This document shows positions 46,200 to 55,506 of a DNA stretch of 64,000 bases, piece after piece. Position 1 is the stretch's first letter, and every line of letters starts with the position of its first letter. The position numbers and the translations under genes are program-made. The stretch lies in IMG/VR virus record IMGVR_UViG_3300045988_172415. One strand, given 5' to 3'. The stretch is from a virus. The notes below the pieces were generated by a model. That model worked only from the letters and a program-made list of their open reading frames with translations, had not been told where the DNA came from and searched no databases.

Positions 46200-47357
46200 C
46201 TAGTTCTCCGAGCGTTCGCTGATATTCTCCCGCATCTGCAAATAAGCCCCATGCTCACGCAAGTAATCCCGCAAATACGGCATTTTGAAAGCGACTTCAC
46301 CGTAACCGACCGGCTCAATCAAATCGTTCTCAATCAGCTTGGTTCTATACACGTTGGCGAACTGTGGCGAACGGTTCAACCGACGGGCGATTTCACCTGT
46401 ATTCGACACCGTATCATCCACCGACATGGCAAGCAGATAGTTCACCGCATGGGATGGCAAGCCATGCAATGCTGGGGCGTGAACCATATCCCCTAGTTTG
46501 GCTTGGGCTTTTTCGATACCCTTGACCGCGTCCTCCTCGGTCACTTGATTCACATGGCCGTTGGTTTCGGAAACCCTCCAAGCCCAATAACCCACCAGCT
46601 GAATCATGAACGGATAACCATGAGTGGCATTGGTCAACCGTATCAAGGTTTCCATTCCGGCTTTCTTTTCCCCGCTGAACGATTCCTCGAATGCTTTCAG
46701 AACCTTCTCCGTGGGCACGGAACCTAAATGGTATCGTTCTGCCCGTTGGAGGAATGTGATGGCGTTGTCTGACAGCACGTCGTTTACGGCTGAGGGTAGT
46801 CCTGCGAAAATAAAAGCTATATTCCGTCCCTCTCGTATGAGATGTTGCACGGCGGTAGACATTGCTCTGATTTCATCCATGGAACCGGATTGCACTTCGT
46901 CCAAGGTGATGAGGATTCCTTGCCTGTTTTCGTTCATTTTGTCTAGACGCTTGCCGACTGCTTGGCGCAATGTCAAGGAACGTTCCTCTTTGCGTTCGAG
47001 TTCGATTCTTCCCAGACTCAGTTCGAGGTTTCCGGTGTTTCCCGTCAGTCCGACACTGGGCATGTCGTATGCAGATATGCGGGTGGTATCTTTGCCGGTA
47101 AGTGAGTCCACGAGTCTTTGTGTAAAACCGCTGTCAGCGCTTTCGTTGTAGACTTGCCATCCTTGTTTTTGAGCGTGTGTTCCCAATGTGTCCAGCATTA
47201 CGGTTTTGCCGACTCCTCTGGCTCCGGTGAGAAACATCAGTCGTCCGGGGCTTCCTACTCCGTCTTTTAGGGCGTAGTCGAAGTCTTCGATGATTTCTTC
47301 TCGTCCAACAAGAATTGGGGGTATGCGTCCGGCGGTTGGTTTGAATGGGTTGGTCAT
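46200..47357 (-). CDS. AAA-type ATP-binding protein (archaeal-ATPase/DUF234-like)
   Basis: N-terminal 'LVGREEIIEDFDYAL' followed by Walker A 'LTGARGVGKTVML' and Walker B 'LITLDEVQ'. A winged-helix-like C-terminus. RBS AAGGAG. Confidence 0.55.
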   Translation of the reverse strand: MTNPFKPTAGRIPPILVGREEIIEDFDYALKDGVGSPGRLMFLTGARGVGKTVMLDTLGTHAQKQGWQVYNESADSGFTQRLVDSLTGKDTTRISAYDMPSVGLTGNTGNLELSLGRIELERKEERSLTLRQAVGKRLDKMNENRQGILITLDEVQSGSMDEIRAMSTAVQHLIREGRNIAFIFAGLPSAVNDVLSDNAITFLQRAERYHLGSVPTEKVLKAFEESFSGEKKAGMETLIRLTNATHGYPFMIQLVGYWAWRVSETNGHVNQVTEEDAVKGIEKAQAKLGDMVHAPALHGLPSHAVNYLLAMSVDDTVSNTGEIARRLNRSPQFANVYRTKLIENDLIEPVGYGEVAFKMPYLRDYLREHGAYLQMRENISERSEN

Positions 47358-47472
47358 TGCTGTCTCCTTGATTTTATAATAATTATAATAAGTATAATGC
47401 TTTAAAAGTTAATGAGGAACAGTTTTCGTTTTGGTTCCCGTCTCTCTTTTTGTGTTTTATCCTCTCTTGAGG

Positions 47473-47496
47473 TATACTGGAATCGTTCACACAAAA
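47473..47496 (+). promoter_or_regulatory. conserved promoter/operator module copy ('TATACTGGAATCGTTCACACAAAA')
   Basis: First plus-strand copy of the ~23-nt motif. Each copy lies ~25–45 nt upstream of an RBS and ATG. Confidence 0.55.
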
Positions 47497-47523
47497 GTAA
47501 GTTGAAGGACATAAGGAGAAAAA

Positions 47524-47865
47524 ATGAACAAGTCCACATATTTCACCCAATATGGTGCCGAGGATTACAACATCTTCGCCAACGCTAACAAGTCCAAGTC
47601 CTATGTTCTGAGCCGTTTCATGGACGACCCCGAGGGTGCCTACTTCATGCTTTTCGAGCATGTCGAAGGATGTGAGGGTGTCAACTATTACATGTTTGAG
47701 CGTCTTCCGGAGTCCCTTCCAGACATTCCGGAGAACGTTCTGAATGGTATTCCGGATGGTGAGTATTCCGATGGGGAGTTCGCCAAGAGGATTAATGGTC
47801 ATAGTCGGTTCGTTCACAATATCCATATCCGTAGGCTTCTGCACCATTCCAAGCTTGGTGCCTGA
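47524..47865 (+). CDS. small hypothetical protein (113 aa), paralog of 53247–53555
   Basis: Shares 'GAEDYNIF', 'FEH(V/I)EG', and 'NI(H/N)IRR(L/I)L' with the 53247 gene. Confidence 0.5.
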   Translation: MNKSTYFTQYGAEDYNIFANANKSKSYVLSRFMDDPEGAYFMLFEHVEGCEGVNYYMFERLPESLPDIPENVLNGIPDGEYSDGEFAKRINGHSRFVHNIHIRRLLHHSKLGA

Positions 47866-47969
47866 GGTTTTTGTCGGATAGCGTTCTTCTTGCCTTTTGG
47901 ACTGGGGAGCGTTTTTGTTTTTCTGAGGGTTGTTTGCGTGTTTTTGGGCGTGTTGTGTTCATACTCAGG

Positions 47970-47993
47970 TATACTGGAATTGTTCACACAAAA
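47970..47993 (+). promoter_or_regulatory. conserved promoter/operator module copy
   Basis: 'TATACTGGAATTGTTCACACAAAA'. Confidence 0.55.
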
Positions 47994-48020
47994 AGAAGTC
48001 TGAAACACAAGGAGTAAAAA

Positions 48021-48845
48021 ATGAGCGACATCAACACCATCATCGAACGTATCAACAACCTTATGGCAATAGCCGAAAACGAAGCTTCCAGTGACAATGA
48101 GGCGCAAATGGCGTTCGAGCGGGCACAGAAACTCATCAACGAATATCGTATCGAAGACTGGAAACGCGACCGCACCCGCACGAACAAGCCAATCATCGAA
48201 CGTGGCGTGAACGTAAGCAAAACCACCATCTACCATCAGCAAGGCTACCTTGCGACCATCATCGCCCAAGCTAACGAATGCCGCGCCTACCTTCACGAAA
48301 GCCGGTGTGGCGGAAGGATTGAGGAACGTGCCGTCATGTTCGTAGGCGAGGAGGACGATGTGAACGCCGCAGTCATTCTCTTCCAAAGCATCGACCTGTA
48401 CTGCTCAGTCCACGCCCGCACTAGCTACGCGGACATGATTGACCAGCACGCCAAAGCGTACTATGAGGACAACAAGGAATACGTCGAAACGCATTACGGA
48501 CATGAATCCTATCCGACGCTGACGGAATGCAAACAGTACATGCGTCGTGATTATCCACGCGCCAAGTTCTACTATGGTTATCGCGGTGGATTCAACGAAC
48601 GTTTAAGCGAACGTTTCGAGGAGCTTCGCAAGCAGAGCTTGGACATTCCCTCCGGTCGTGAGCTTGTGGCCCGCAAGAGCCAGCGTGTCAACGACTATTT
48701 CGACAATCTCGAACTGGAAGCAGCTCGCGTCGCCACCGCCCGTGGTAGCAAGGCTGGGTTCGTTTGTGGTGTGAGCGACGCGAACAATGTGGGTTTGGGC
48801 TTGTCTGAAATGGGTGTTTCGTCCCATGCTTTGCTGAATGCCTGA
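48021..48845 (+). CDS. DUF2786-like protein (plasmid leading-region family)
   Basis: N-terminus 'INTIIERINNLMAIAENEASSDNEAQMAFERAQKLINEY' matches the DUF2786 helical N-domain pattern. Confidence 0.4.
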   Translation: MSDINTIIERINNLMAIAENEASSDNEAQMAFERAQKLINEYRIEDWKRDRTRTNKPIIERGVNVSKTTIYHQQGYLATIIAQANECRAYLHESRCGGRIEERAVMFVGEEDDVNAAVILFQSIDLYCSVHARTSYADMIDQHAKAYYEDNKEYVETHYGHESYPTLTECKQYMRRDYPRAKFYYGYRGGFNERLSERFEELRKQSLDIPSGRELVARKSQRVNDYFDNLELEAARVATARGSKAGFVCGVSDANNVGLGLSEMGVSSHALLNA

Positions 48846-48850
48846 CTTTT

Positions 48851-48896
48851 CAGCCCGTCTTCCTGATTTGGGAGGTGGGCTGTTTTTGTTTTTCTA
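48851..48896 (+). terminator. rho-independent terminator
   Basis: Stem CAGCCC...GGGCTG followed by TTTTTGTTTTT. Confidence 0.4.
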
Positions 48897-48906
48897 CCAA
48901 ACATGG

Positions 48907-48930
48907 TATACTGGGATTGTTCACACAAAA
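48907..48930 (+). promoter_or_regulatory. conserved promoter/operator module copy
   Basis: 'TATACTGGGATTGTTCACACAAAA'. Confidence 0.55.
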
Positions 48931-48957
48931 GATAGATTCCAACAAGGAGGAACAAAA

Positions 48958-49452
48958 ATGATTAAGACAATCACCAACCTCAAAATCACCAAACTACGCG
49001 AACTCTCCACCTTGTCAGTGGATAGTGAATATCTCACAATAGACTACTTGGACGAGGATGGCGAAGAACAGCGAATCGAAAAACTCACCCACGAGGAAGA
49101 CCTTGGCGAATACAATGTCAAGACCGACCCTTGGGCGGACATTCTCGAAGATTGGCGGCTCACCAAGCCGATTCCAGTACCCTCTGCCGAAAAAGAAGAC
49201 TGGAAACTACTGGAAGACTATCTCTGGAACCTCACCGACTCGAAGTATCAGGAACTTTTGGACAATCGCAACAAATTATACGAAGCCGACGACGTGGCGA
49301 GCATCCTCCGCAGCATCAGCCGTCTCAGCGACGTAGGACGAGCCACGTTGAACAAACTGCTGGACAATGGTTCCAAGGACGCGGAGGACGAGTATGAGGA
49401 ACAGTGGAACCGTATCGTCCCGCTCCGTCAGACGGACGGCGAGGAAGAATAG
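48958..49452 (+). CDS. acidic hypothetical protein (164 aa)
   Basis: Start after RBS AAGGAGG; the track ORF starts upstream at 48838. Confidence 0.45.
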   Translation: MIKTITNLKITKLRELSTLSVDSEYLTIDYLDEDGEEQRIEKLTHEEDLGEYNVKTDPWADILEDWRLTKPIPVPSAEKEDWKLLEDYLWNLTDSKYQELLDNRNKLYEADDVASILRSISRLSDVGRATLNKLLDNGSKDAEDEYEEQWNRIVPLRQTDGEEE

Positions 49453-49465
49453 GAGGAACGGGAAA

Positions 49466-49843
49466 ATGAAGGCAAGAGACGTTAGTTTCTTCAAAAGGAA
49501 CGCGTGGAAAGGCACGTATTCCAGCATCCTCACCATCCCAGTCGAAGCCTTGGCCGACAAGTGTTTCAACGCTTGGCTGGACATAGAGGATACGAATTTT
49601 GCGGAAGTCACCCTACCGGACAAAAAGCTTGCCGAACGGTTCCATGAGCTTGTCGATTCCGACGCCGAACAGGCGGAATGGGATAGATTCTACGGTTCCG
49701 TGGATAAGGCTTTTTCCGCCATGCCGGTGGATGAATTGGCGTCCAAGTTCGTGGAGCTGAACGACCCTGCGACCATCCGTCGTGTTCTTTGGGGTTACGG
49801 CGACAAATGGTATCTCGATTCCGATTGCGAGTATGAGTTCTGA
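49466..49843 (+). CDS. hypothetical protein (125 aa)
   Basis: Start after RBS AGGAGG; same cassette as the 48958 gene. Confidence 0.45.
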   Translation: MKARDVSFFKRNAWKGTYSSILTIPVEALADKCFNAWLDIEDTNFAEVTLPDKKLAERFHELVDSDAEQAEWDRFYGSVDKAFSAMPVDELASKFVELNDPATIRRVLWGYGDKWYLDSDCEYEF

Positions 49844-49855
49844 CCGTCGGGTTTT

Positions 49856-49895
49856 AGCGCCTCTCCCTTGGATGGGTGGGGCGCTTTTTGTTTGG
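49856..49895 (+). terminator. rho-independent terminator
   Basis: GC-rich imperfect stem GCGCCTCTCCC...GGGTGGGGCGC followed by TTTTTGTTTGG. Confidence 0.4.
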
Positions 49896-49917
49896 CGTGT
49901 CGTATCCCACCATGATG

Positions 49918-49940
49918 TATACTGGAATTGTTCACACAAA
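49918..49940 (+). promoter_or_regulatory. conserved promoter/operator module copy
   Basis: 'TATACTGGAATTGTTCACACAAA'. Confidence 0.55.
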
Positions 49941-49976
49941 CAAGGGTTCGCAAAACCCGTCACCAAAAGGAGAAAA

Positions 49977-50177
49977 ATGCATATCAAGGATGTTCTGCTC
50001 ATGACGCTCGTCACCATCGCGTTCTGTGGAGTGACCACCGCAGTCGCGTTCGGCATCTACTCGTTCGGCACTTGGCTGTTCACGTTTGGCCGCACGTTCG
50101 GCGTCGTGTCGGTCTGCGCCCTCATAGTCGCGTTGCTGGTCGTCGCGGTCAAGATTCGATTGAGCATGAATCGATAG
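49977..50177 (+). CDS. small two-TM membrane protein (66 aa)
   Basis: Start after RBS AAAAGGAGAAAA. The C-terminal stretch is hydrophobic. Confidence 0.4.
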   Translation: MHIKDVLLMTLVTIAFCGVTTAVAFGIYSFGTWLFTFGRTFGVVSVCALIVALLVVAVKIRLSMNR

Positions 50178-50179
50178 TT

Positions 50180-50215
50180 TTGGTTTGTGGCCCCGTCGTT
50201 TTGGCGGGGCTTTTT
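50180..50215 (+). terminator. rho-independent terminator
   Basis: Stem GCCCCG...CGGGGC followed by TTTTTGTGTGG. Confidence 0.45.
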
Positions 50216-50255
50216 GTGTGGACGTGTCTTGTTTTGTATATTTATCCAAACGTGC

Positions 50256-50279
50256 TATACTGGAAATGTCCACATAAAA
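50256..50279 (+). promoter_or_regulatory. conserved promoter/operator module copy (variant)
   Basis: 'TATACTGGAAATGTCCACATAAAA'. Confidence 0.5.
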
Positions 50280-50305
50280 CAGGCGGAGCCAACCAAGGAG
50301 AACAA

Positions 50306-50614
50306 ATGAACGACACCAAAACCTACTACCAGCCAATCTTCCACGACAACGGCACCATCAGCGTAGTCGCCGGAGACAACACCTACGACCACACCTACGC
50401 GGACAAGCCCATGAACGAAGCTATCGTGGAAACCTCCCACCACAAGCCCAATCCAATCAACTGGAAGCACGTCGTATCCAACTGCGACGAACGTTGGAAC
50501 CTCATCAAAGGCAACGTGTGCTTGGCTGTCCTGAGTGGCAATTGGGACGTTTTCGAGAACCGTCACGAAAACAGAATCATGCTCGTCACCCGCAAGGGAA
50601 CCCGAATCCTCTGA
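50306..50614 (+). CDS. hypothetical protein (102 aa)
   Basis: Start after RBS AAGGAGAACAA. Confidence 0.45.
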   Translation: MNDTKTYYQPIFHDNGTISVVAGDNTYDHTYADKPMNEAIVETSHHKPNPINWKHVVSNCDERWNLIKGNVCLAVLSGNWDVFENRHENRIMLVTRKGTRIL

Positions 50615-50702
50615 CCCACACCAAGATTGGAATTGGAAGACTGCCGTATTACTCCTTCCTTCTACTTCTCTCATATTTGGCAAAAAAGAAAGGAAGAATT
50701 AC

Positions 50703-51422
50703 ATGAAAGAACGGAACATCTCACTGGAAAACGACCTCATGATGTTAGGTCAGGAACCGATGGATGAACCCGACTCGTCCACCACCATCGAACTGCAAGA
50801 AATCGTGAAGAAGACGGAACGAAAGATGTTGAACCCACCGGCACCACCATTGAAATTCGAACCGAAAACAGCGGACAAGTCCACCGAAAACACCGACGAA
50901 ACCGCCAGCAAGACGAGCGAGAAAACCACTTCAACAGTAAACAAAACCGCTCCGAAAGCCTACAAGCCCGCCACACGCAAAACCAACAAAACCGCACCTC
51001 CAACACCAACCCCCACCAACCCGTACGCGCCCGTCGAATACGACTGCAACGGCAAATGGCGTCAACTGTTGACGGGAATCGCCGTCATTGGAATTCTCGT
51101 GGCGGCAATCGCATTGTTGGTAGGAGCGAAAACATGTTGGCGGTTCATCGCCGTAGGCGCATTGACCGCATTCGCCATGCTCCCGCTCTACGGCTGGTTC
51201 GACGAACTCGAACGGGACATGGCGGTCAAGGCAGTCGAAAAGGATTACGGGATTCGTATTCTGCAAACAAACGGAGGCAATGGACTCGCGGAAGTGCATT
51301 ACATGTTCCAGCAGAATCCAACCGTCGAAGCCGGTATGGTCTCCTATGGTCATGGCTTGGCATGGTTGCGGAGCGTGGGCGGCAAGAAGATTGTCGGACG
51401 AAGGCAGCAGGTGAAAAAATGA
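50703..51422 (+). CDS. membrane protein with an acidic/Thr-Pro-rich N-terminal region and 2 TM
   Basis: Start after RBS AAAGGAAG. A copy of the 'GATTGGnATTGGAAnACTGCCGTAT' motif lies upstream. Confidence 0.4.
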   Translation: MKERNISLENDLMMLGQEPMDEPDSSTTIELQEIVKKTERKMLNPPAPPLKFEPKTADKSTENTDETASKTSEKTTSTVNKTAPKAYKPATRKTNKTAPPTPTPTNPYAPVEYDCNGKWRQLLTGIAVIGILVAAIALLVGAKTCWRFIAVGALTAFAMLPLYGWFDELERDMAVKAVEKDYGIRILQTNGGNGLAEVHYMFQQNPTVEAGMVSYGHGLAWLRSVGGKKIVGRRQQVKK

Positions 51423-51814
51423 TACCCAGCACGGTAAGGCCGCACGTTTTCCCGCGTTCTTTTTCAACGGCGTTTGGCAAGGGCTTAAAACCGCGCTTGT
51501 ACCGCACGCTTGCATATCCGACCCGCTGCCTCCCATGCCGACCGTACGCGATTGGCTTCAAGCCCATGGAGGCACCGGCATGGATGCTGACGCATTCGAC
51601 CGGTGCGAAAGCGAATGGTATGAGCTGCTGGAGCAACGCAAACGGCAGATGAACGTGTTTTTGGCTGGCTTGTTCGTAGGTACGCTGGTGTATGCGATTG
51701 CGGCGCTTGCATTGCTGGCGCTTGTTGGCTGGTTGGTGTATTCGTTGGTTCCGTTTGATGGTTTCGGGCGTTTGGTTGATTGGGTTCGGGGTTGAGCATT
51801 TCTCTATTCTGTAC

Positions 51815-51837
51815 TATACTGGAACTGTTCACACAAA
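51815..51837 (+). promoter_or_regulatory. conserved promoter/operator module copy
   Basis: 'TATACTGGAACTGTTCACACAAA'. Confidence 0.55.
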
Positions 51838-51859
51838 CAGGAAACCAAAAGGAGCAGAA

Positions 51860-52801
51860 ATGAGCGACAACATCAACTGGAACGAAACCGCAATCTACGA
51901 ATTCATGCGATTCGAGCGCGAACCCGAACGCCGAGTATTCCCCGACCGCGACATCACCAAACTCGCCAAAGCCGGACTCATTCAGGAAAACGAGACGGGC
52001 GACTGGACTCTCACCCAAACAGGCGAAGACGAACTCGCCAACATTAGACAGCATTTCAACTCCGGCAAACTCTCCGAACTACCCCTGAAAGTCCGTAACT
52101 ACTACTTCGACTGGCGCGTATACGACGAAAAGAAACTACCCGTCAAGGAACTATCCAAAGTGGCCCTACATGACAGGAGCGCCGAGATTCGCAAGAAAGC
52201 GGCCACAATGCTCAACAAGTTCAGCAAGCTCGACAAGTTCAGCAAGCTCGACAAGGAAACGTCGAACGGTTTGGCCCACGACGAGGATTATCAGATTCGA
52301 CTCATGGCGGCAAAGAACGCAGACCCTCACCTCTTCTTCGAGGAGTCGGACGAGCGTGTGGTCAAAACCCTTATCTATAACCATAACTTCGATAAGGAAT
52401 GCGTCGAACATTGGCTGGACAATCCCAACAGTCAGATTCGCGTTCAGGCGGCTCTCCTGACCGAAGACGGCAAGGTGGATGAAGTGTTGGCCCGTCTTAA
52501 CCCGCAGGATGTGGCGCATGTGCTGGCCGACGAGCCGCAGTGGGCCACTTGTGAGCGTGTCATGAACGCTTGGGAGAACGCGGACGAGGTGGGACGTTAC
52601 AGACTGGTCAAGGTCATGCGCGACATGCCGGACTCGTTCATCAATCAGGCGTTCAAGAGCGACGCGTACATGGCCTTGCATGACCGTTTGGAGGAATACC
52701 GAGAAGCCGTCCGTCAAGTGTTGGAGCTTGGCTTCATGTTTTCCGAGGACAGTGAGATTCGCCGGAAGATTTGGGAGCGTGCCGAGCACGAGATTGGCTG
52801 A
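51860..52801 (+). CDS. HEAT-repeat protein (PBS-lyase-type HEAT-like repeats) with an internal 'KFSKLDKFSKLDK' tandem repeat
   Basis: Start after RBS AAAGGAGCAG. Repeats such as 'LHDRSAEIRKKAATML', 'HDEDYQIRLMAA' and 'NPNSQIRVQAALL'. Confidence 0.45.
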   Translation: MSDNINWNETAIYEFMRFEREPERRVFPDRDITKLAKAGLIQENETGDWTLTQTGEDELANIRQHFNSGKLSELPLKVRNYYFDWRVYDEKKLPVKELSKVALHDRSAEIRKKAATMLNKFSKLDKFSKLDKETSNGLAHDEDYQIRLMAAKNADPHLFFEESDERVVKTLIYNHNFDKECVEHWLDNPNSQIRVQAALLTEDGKVDEVLARLNPQDVAHVLADEPQWATCERVMNAWENADEVGRYRLVKVMRDMPDSFINQAFKSDAYMALHDRLEEYREAVRQVLELGFMFSEDSEIRRKIWERAEHEIG

Positions 52802-52812
52802 AAGGGGCAGCA

Positions 52813-53109
52813 ATGCGAAAAGCGACATTCATTAGGAAATACTACGGGCACGGATATGACGCACATATGGTCTATCTTGTCTACAGCTATCGTGGGCACG
52901 AATACACGGTGTATGAGAACCTAGCCCAAGGCAACGAGCCTCTCGCGTGGCAACACCGCAATGAGCAAAGCCAAATAGACCAGTTAATAGAGCAGAAAGA
53001 GCGGGAAAAGAACGCACAGCCGAAGCCATGCCGTTATGAGGATACCGCGCAATATGCCTTCGACCAGTTTTTGAACTACGTCAATGGTGAACCGTCGGAC
53101 TTTGACTAA
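52813..53109 (+). CDS. hypothetical protein (98 aa)
   Basis: Internal Met with an RBS; it overlaps the upstream gene's end. Confidence 0.35.
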   Translation: MRKATFIRKYYGHGYDAHMVYLVYSYRGHEYTVYENLAQGNEPLAWQHRNEQSQIDQLIEQKEREKNAQPKPCRYEDTAQYAFDQFLNYVNGEPSDFD

Positions 53110-53204
53110 CTAATAGTGGTAAAAATTTCCGAGTCGTGTGAATGCTTTTTGTATTTGCACGGCTTTTTGTTTTTTTGCGCTTTTGCGCTTTCTCTTAAAT
53201 ATGA

Positions 53205-53227
53205 TATACTGGAATTGTTCACACAAA
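53205..53227 (+). promoter_or_regulatory. conserved promoter/operator module copy
   Basis: 'TATACTGGAATTGTTCACACAAA', preceded by terminator-like T-tracts. Confidence 0.55.
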
Positions 53228-53246
53228 TATGAGAGAAAGAGCCACA

Positions 53247-53555
53247 ATGAACGAGTATTTCGCACGATTCGGAGCAGAGGACTACAACATCTTCCACAAC
53301 GGCAATGCCTCCTATGTCATGTTGCGCGTTGCGGACGAGAACATGACCTACTTCGCCTTGTTTGAGCACATCGAGGGTCATGCTGGCGTCGGCTGTAGGA
53401 TGTTCGACTCTCCGACTGAGGTGTTTTTGGATGCCGCCGTTGACGAGACGTGCTCCGACGAGCAGCTTGCCGACTTCGTTGGACAGCCTGACACCGCTTT
53501 CGTCCACAGTATCAATATCCGCAGGATTCTGTATCGCTCCGGACTTCTGAACTAA
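53247..53555 (+). CDS. small hypothetical protein (102 aa), paralog of 47524–47865
   Basis: Start chosen by alignment with the paralog (MNEYFARFGAEDYNIF...). Confidence 0.5.
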   Translation: MNEYFARFGAEDYNIFHNGNASYVMLRVADENMTYFALFEHIEGHAGVGCRMFDSPTEVFLDAAVDETCSDEQLADFVGQPDTAFVHSINIRRILYRSGLLN

Positions 53556-53610
53556 AACATGGGAATACGCCCGCAGGAAAATCATGTGGGCGTATTCCTT
53601 TTTTTTCGTA
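53556..53610 (+). terminator. rho-independent terminator
   Basis: Stem GGAATACGCCC...GGGCGTATTCC followed by TTTTTTTTCG. Confidence 0.55.
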
Positions 53611-53672
53611 TGGGCGGGGATTGCGTCTTCGTTTTGGCTTGGTTGCGTGTTGTGTTTTATCTCAACTTAGGC

Positions 53673-53694
53673 TATACTGGAATTGTTCACACAA
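53673..53694 (+). promoter_or_regulatory. conserved promoter/operator module copy
   Basis: 'TATACTGGAATTGTTCACACAA'. Confidence 0.55.
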
Positions 53695-53716
53695 GATATG
53701 CCGAGAAGGAGAAACC

Positions 53717-54682
53717 ATGGACAACGACGCAATCAACAGTCTTACCAAAAAGTGGACTGCCAACCTCGTTTACTGCTTCGAAGACTTCGACAATGAAACC
53801 CATTCACAACGACTGAGCGCATACATCGACCAGAAGCCCTTAGATAAATTCAAGGAAGCCAACCTAATCGAACTAAACAAGGAACGCGACCGTTGGAAGC
53901 TTACCAACAAGGGAATCGACCTGCTGGAAAGCATTAAGAACATCTACCAGAGTGGAAGAATATTCCCTCTCCCCCTACCGTTCCGCCACTACTACGTCAA
54001 CTGCAAACTGGAATACAACATGGAAGTCAAGGACGGAAACGTATACGACGGATTACGCGAAACCGTGTTGAAAGACCGGAGTCGGGACGTTCGCCGCAAA
54101 GTGGCCGAATATTTGGAATACAAGGGGAAAACTCAACTACAAGACCGCGACCAGCCTCGCTAAGGACAAAGACCCCGAACTACGCAAGCTCGCCGCAAAG
54201 CATACCGTTGCAAGCCTGTACTGGGAGGAAACGGATTACGACGTTATCCGCTACATGGTGGAAAACAAGCTGGCCGATAGGCTCTGCTTCGAGCATTGGG
54301 TGAAAAGCGATGATGAAACCATCCGCATCCTATCAGCACCGTTGGCGGAAGAAACGGACATAGACCCATTGCTGGACTCCCTCTCCGACGAATCCGCCAT
54401 CCAAGTCTTGTTTAATAATCCGGAATGGGTCAAAGGTAAGCGTGCCGTGCGCTTGTGGCGTCGCATGGGCGGGAAAACCGCCGTTGGATTATGTCCTTTA
54501 TGTGGGATGTTCCCGATTCTCTGATTGAGGAGTCGTTGGCGGAACCTCGTAATTGGCAAATCTCTTCTCGATTGGAGGAGTATAAGAAGGCGTTGCAGAC
54601 CGTGGCCCGTATGGAGCGCCTGTTCGCCAAGGGTAGCGAGATTAAACGCAAGATGCGTGCCCGTGCCGGTTTGTCTGATTAA
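53717..54682 (+). pseudogene. frameshifted paralog of the HEAT-repeat gene 51860–52801
   Basis: Three consecutive track ORFs (53621–54163, 54255–54524, 54455–54682) lie in frames 2, 0 and 2. Together they align colinearly with the intact paralog, for example '...MRDMPDSFINQAF...LEEYREAV' versus '...MWDVPDSLIEESL...LEEYKKAL'. This implies two frameshifts. Confidence 0.5.
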
Positions 54683-54689
54683 GGTTTGA

Positions 54690-54740
54690 CGGAGGGAAGG
54701 CGGGATGCTGTTTTGGTGTCCCGCTTTTGTTTTTTTGGGG
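54690..54740 (+). terminator. rho-independent terminator
   Basis: Stem GCGGGA...TCCCGC followed by TTTTGTTTTTTT. Confidence 0.4.
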
Positions 54741-54764
54741 TTTTGAGGTTTCACTCAAGTGTGC

Positions 54765-54787
54765 TATAGTGGAATTGTTCACATAAA
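54765..54787 (+). promoter_or_regulatory. conserved promoter/operator module copy (variant)
   Basis: 'TATAGTGGAATTGTTCACATAAA'. Confidence 0.5.
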
Positions 54788-54815
54788 GAGCGATAGGCAA
54801 AAAGGAGCACATAAC

Positions 54816-55076
54816 ATGTACGCAATCCACTACATCGGCGGCGCAATCAACGTCAAGAAAATGCCCAAAAAACAAGCAGCCGAATACGCCAAACAAATCA
54901 ACGACAACGCCCTCTCAAGCACCTTCCCCGAAAGCGTGAAACTCGTTCAAAGTCCCGAAGCCCGCACTATCATGCAAAACAGACTCTTCGCAAAAGACAT
55001 CTACCCCCGCCACAGCGACGTGTACGGCATGAGCATGGCTGAACTCGTCAACGCAGTCAACGAATACTGCTGCTGA
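54816..55076 (+). CDS. small hypothetical protein (86 aa)
   Basis: Start after RBS AAAAGGAGCACA. Confidence 0.4.
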   Translation: MYAIHYIGGAINVKKMPKKQAAEYAKQINDNALSSTFPESVKLVQSPEARTIMQNRLFAKDIYPRHSDVYGMSMAELVNAVNEYCC

Positions 55077-55119
55077 CCGCGCTGACACCTCCCGTACGTG
55101 ACCGAAAAGGAACAACGAA

Positions 55120-55506
55120 ATGGCAAGCAAACAACACGGGGAACGAATCGAAGAACTGCGCAAGGACATCGAAACCGGCGTGAAGGAGCTGCGAAACTCC
55201 GGCACTTGGCAGCGCTACCTCGATTTCATGGGACGTTTCCACCAATATAGCTGGAACAACATCCTGCTAATGCTCATGCAATCGAACGGCAACTCATCGC
55301 TGGTCGCCGGATTCCGCCAATGGCAGACACGCGGGCGCGTCGTGCGCAAAGGCGAACACGGCATGAAAATCTTCGGCTTCAGCACCAGAACCGTCAAGGA
55401 CGAAGACGGCAACCCACAGTTAGACGAGAACGGCGACCCTATCCAAAAAGTCTGGTATCCCATCTTGACGGTGTTCGACGTATCCCAGACCGACCCCATT
55501 GTATGA
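55120..55506 (+). CDS. ardC: ArdC N-terminal-domain-only protein (antirestriction ArdC/DUF1738-like ssDNA-binding domain)
   Basis: 'YLDFMGRFHQYSWNNILLMLMQ', 'GFRQWQTRGRVVRKGEHGMKIF' and 'VWYPILTVFDVSQTD' match the ArdC N-domain pattern. The ORF ends at 128 aa, overlapping the next promoter module. No metalloprotease C-domain follows. Confidence 0.55.
   Translation: MASKQHGERIEELRKDIETGVKELRNSGTWQRYLDFMGRFHQYSWNNILLMLMQSNGNSSLVAGFRQWQTRGRVVRKGEHGMKIFGFSTRTVKDEDGNPQLDENGDPIQKVWYPILTVFDVSQTDPIV

Noticed and set aside
47383-47847. 154-aa minus-strand ORF overlapping the 47524 cassette gene
   Set aside because: The plus-strand gene has the promoter module, an RBS and a paralog at 53247. The minus ORF has none of these.
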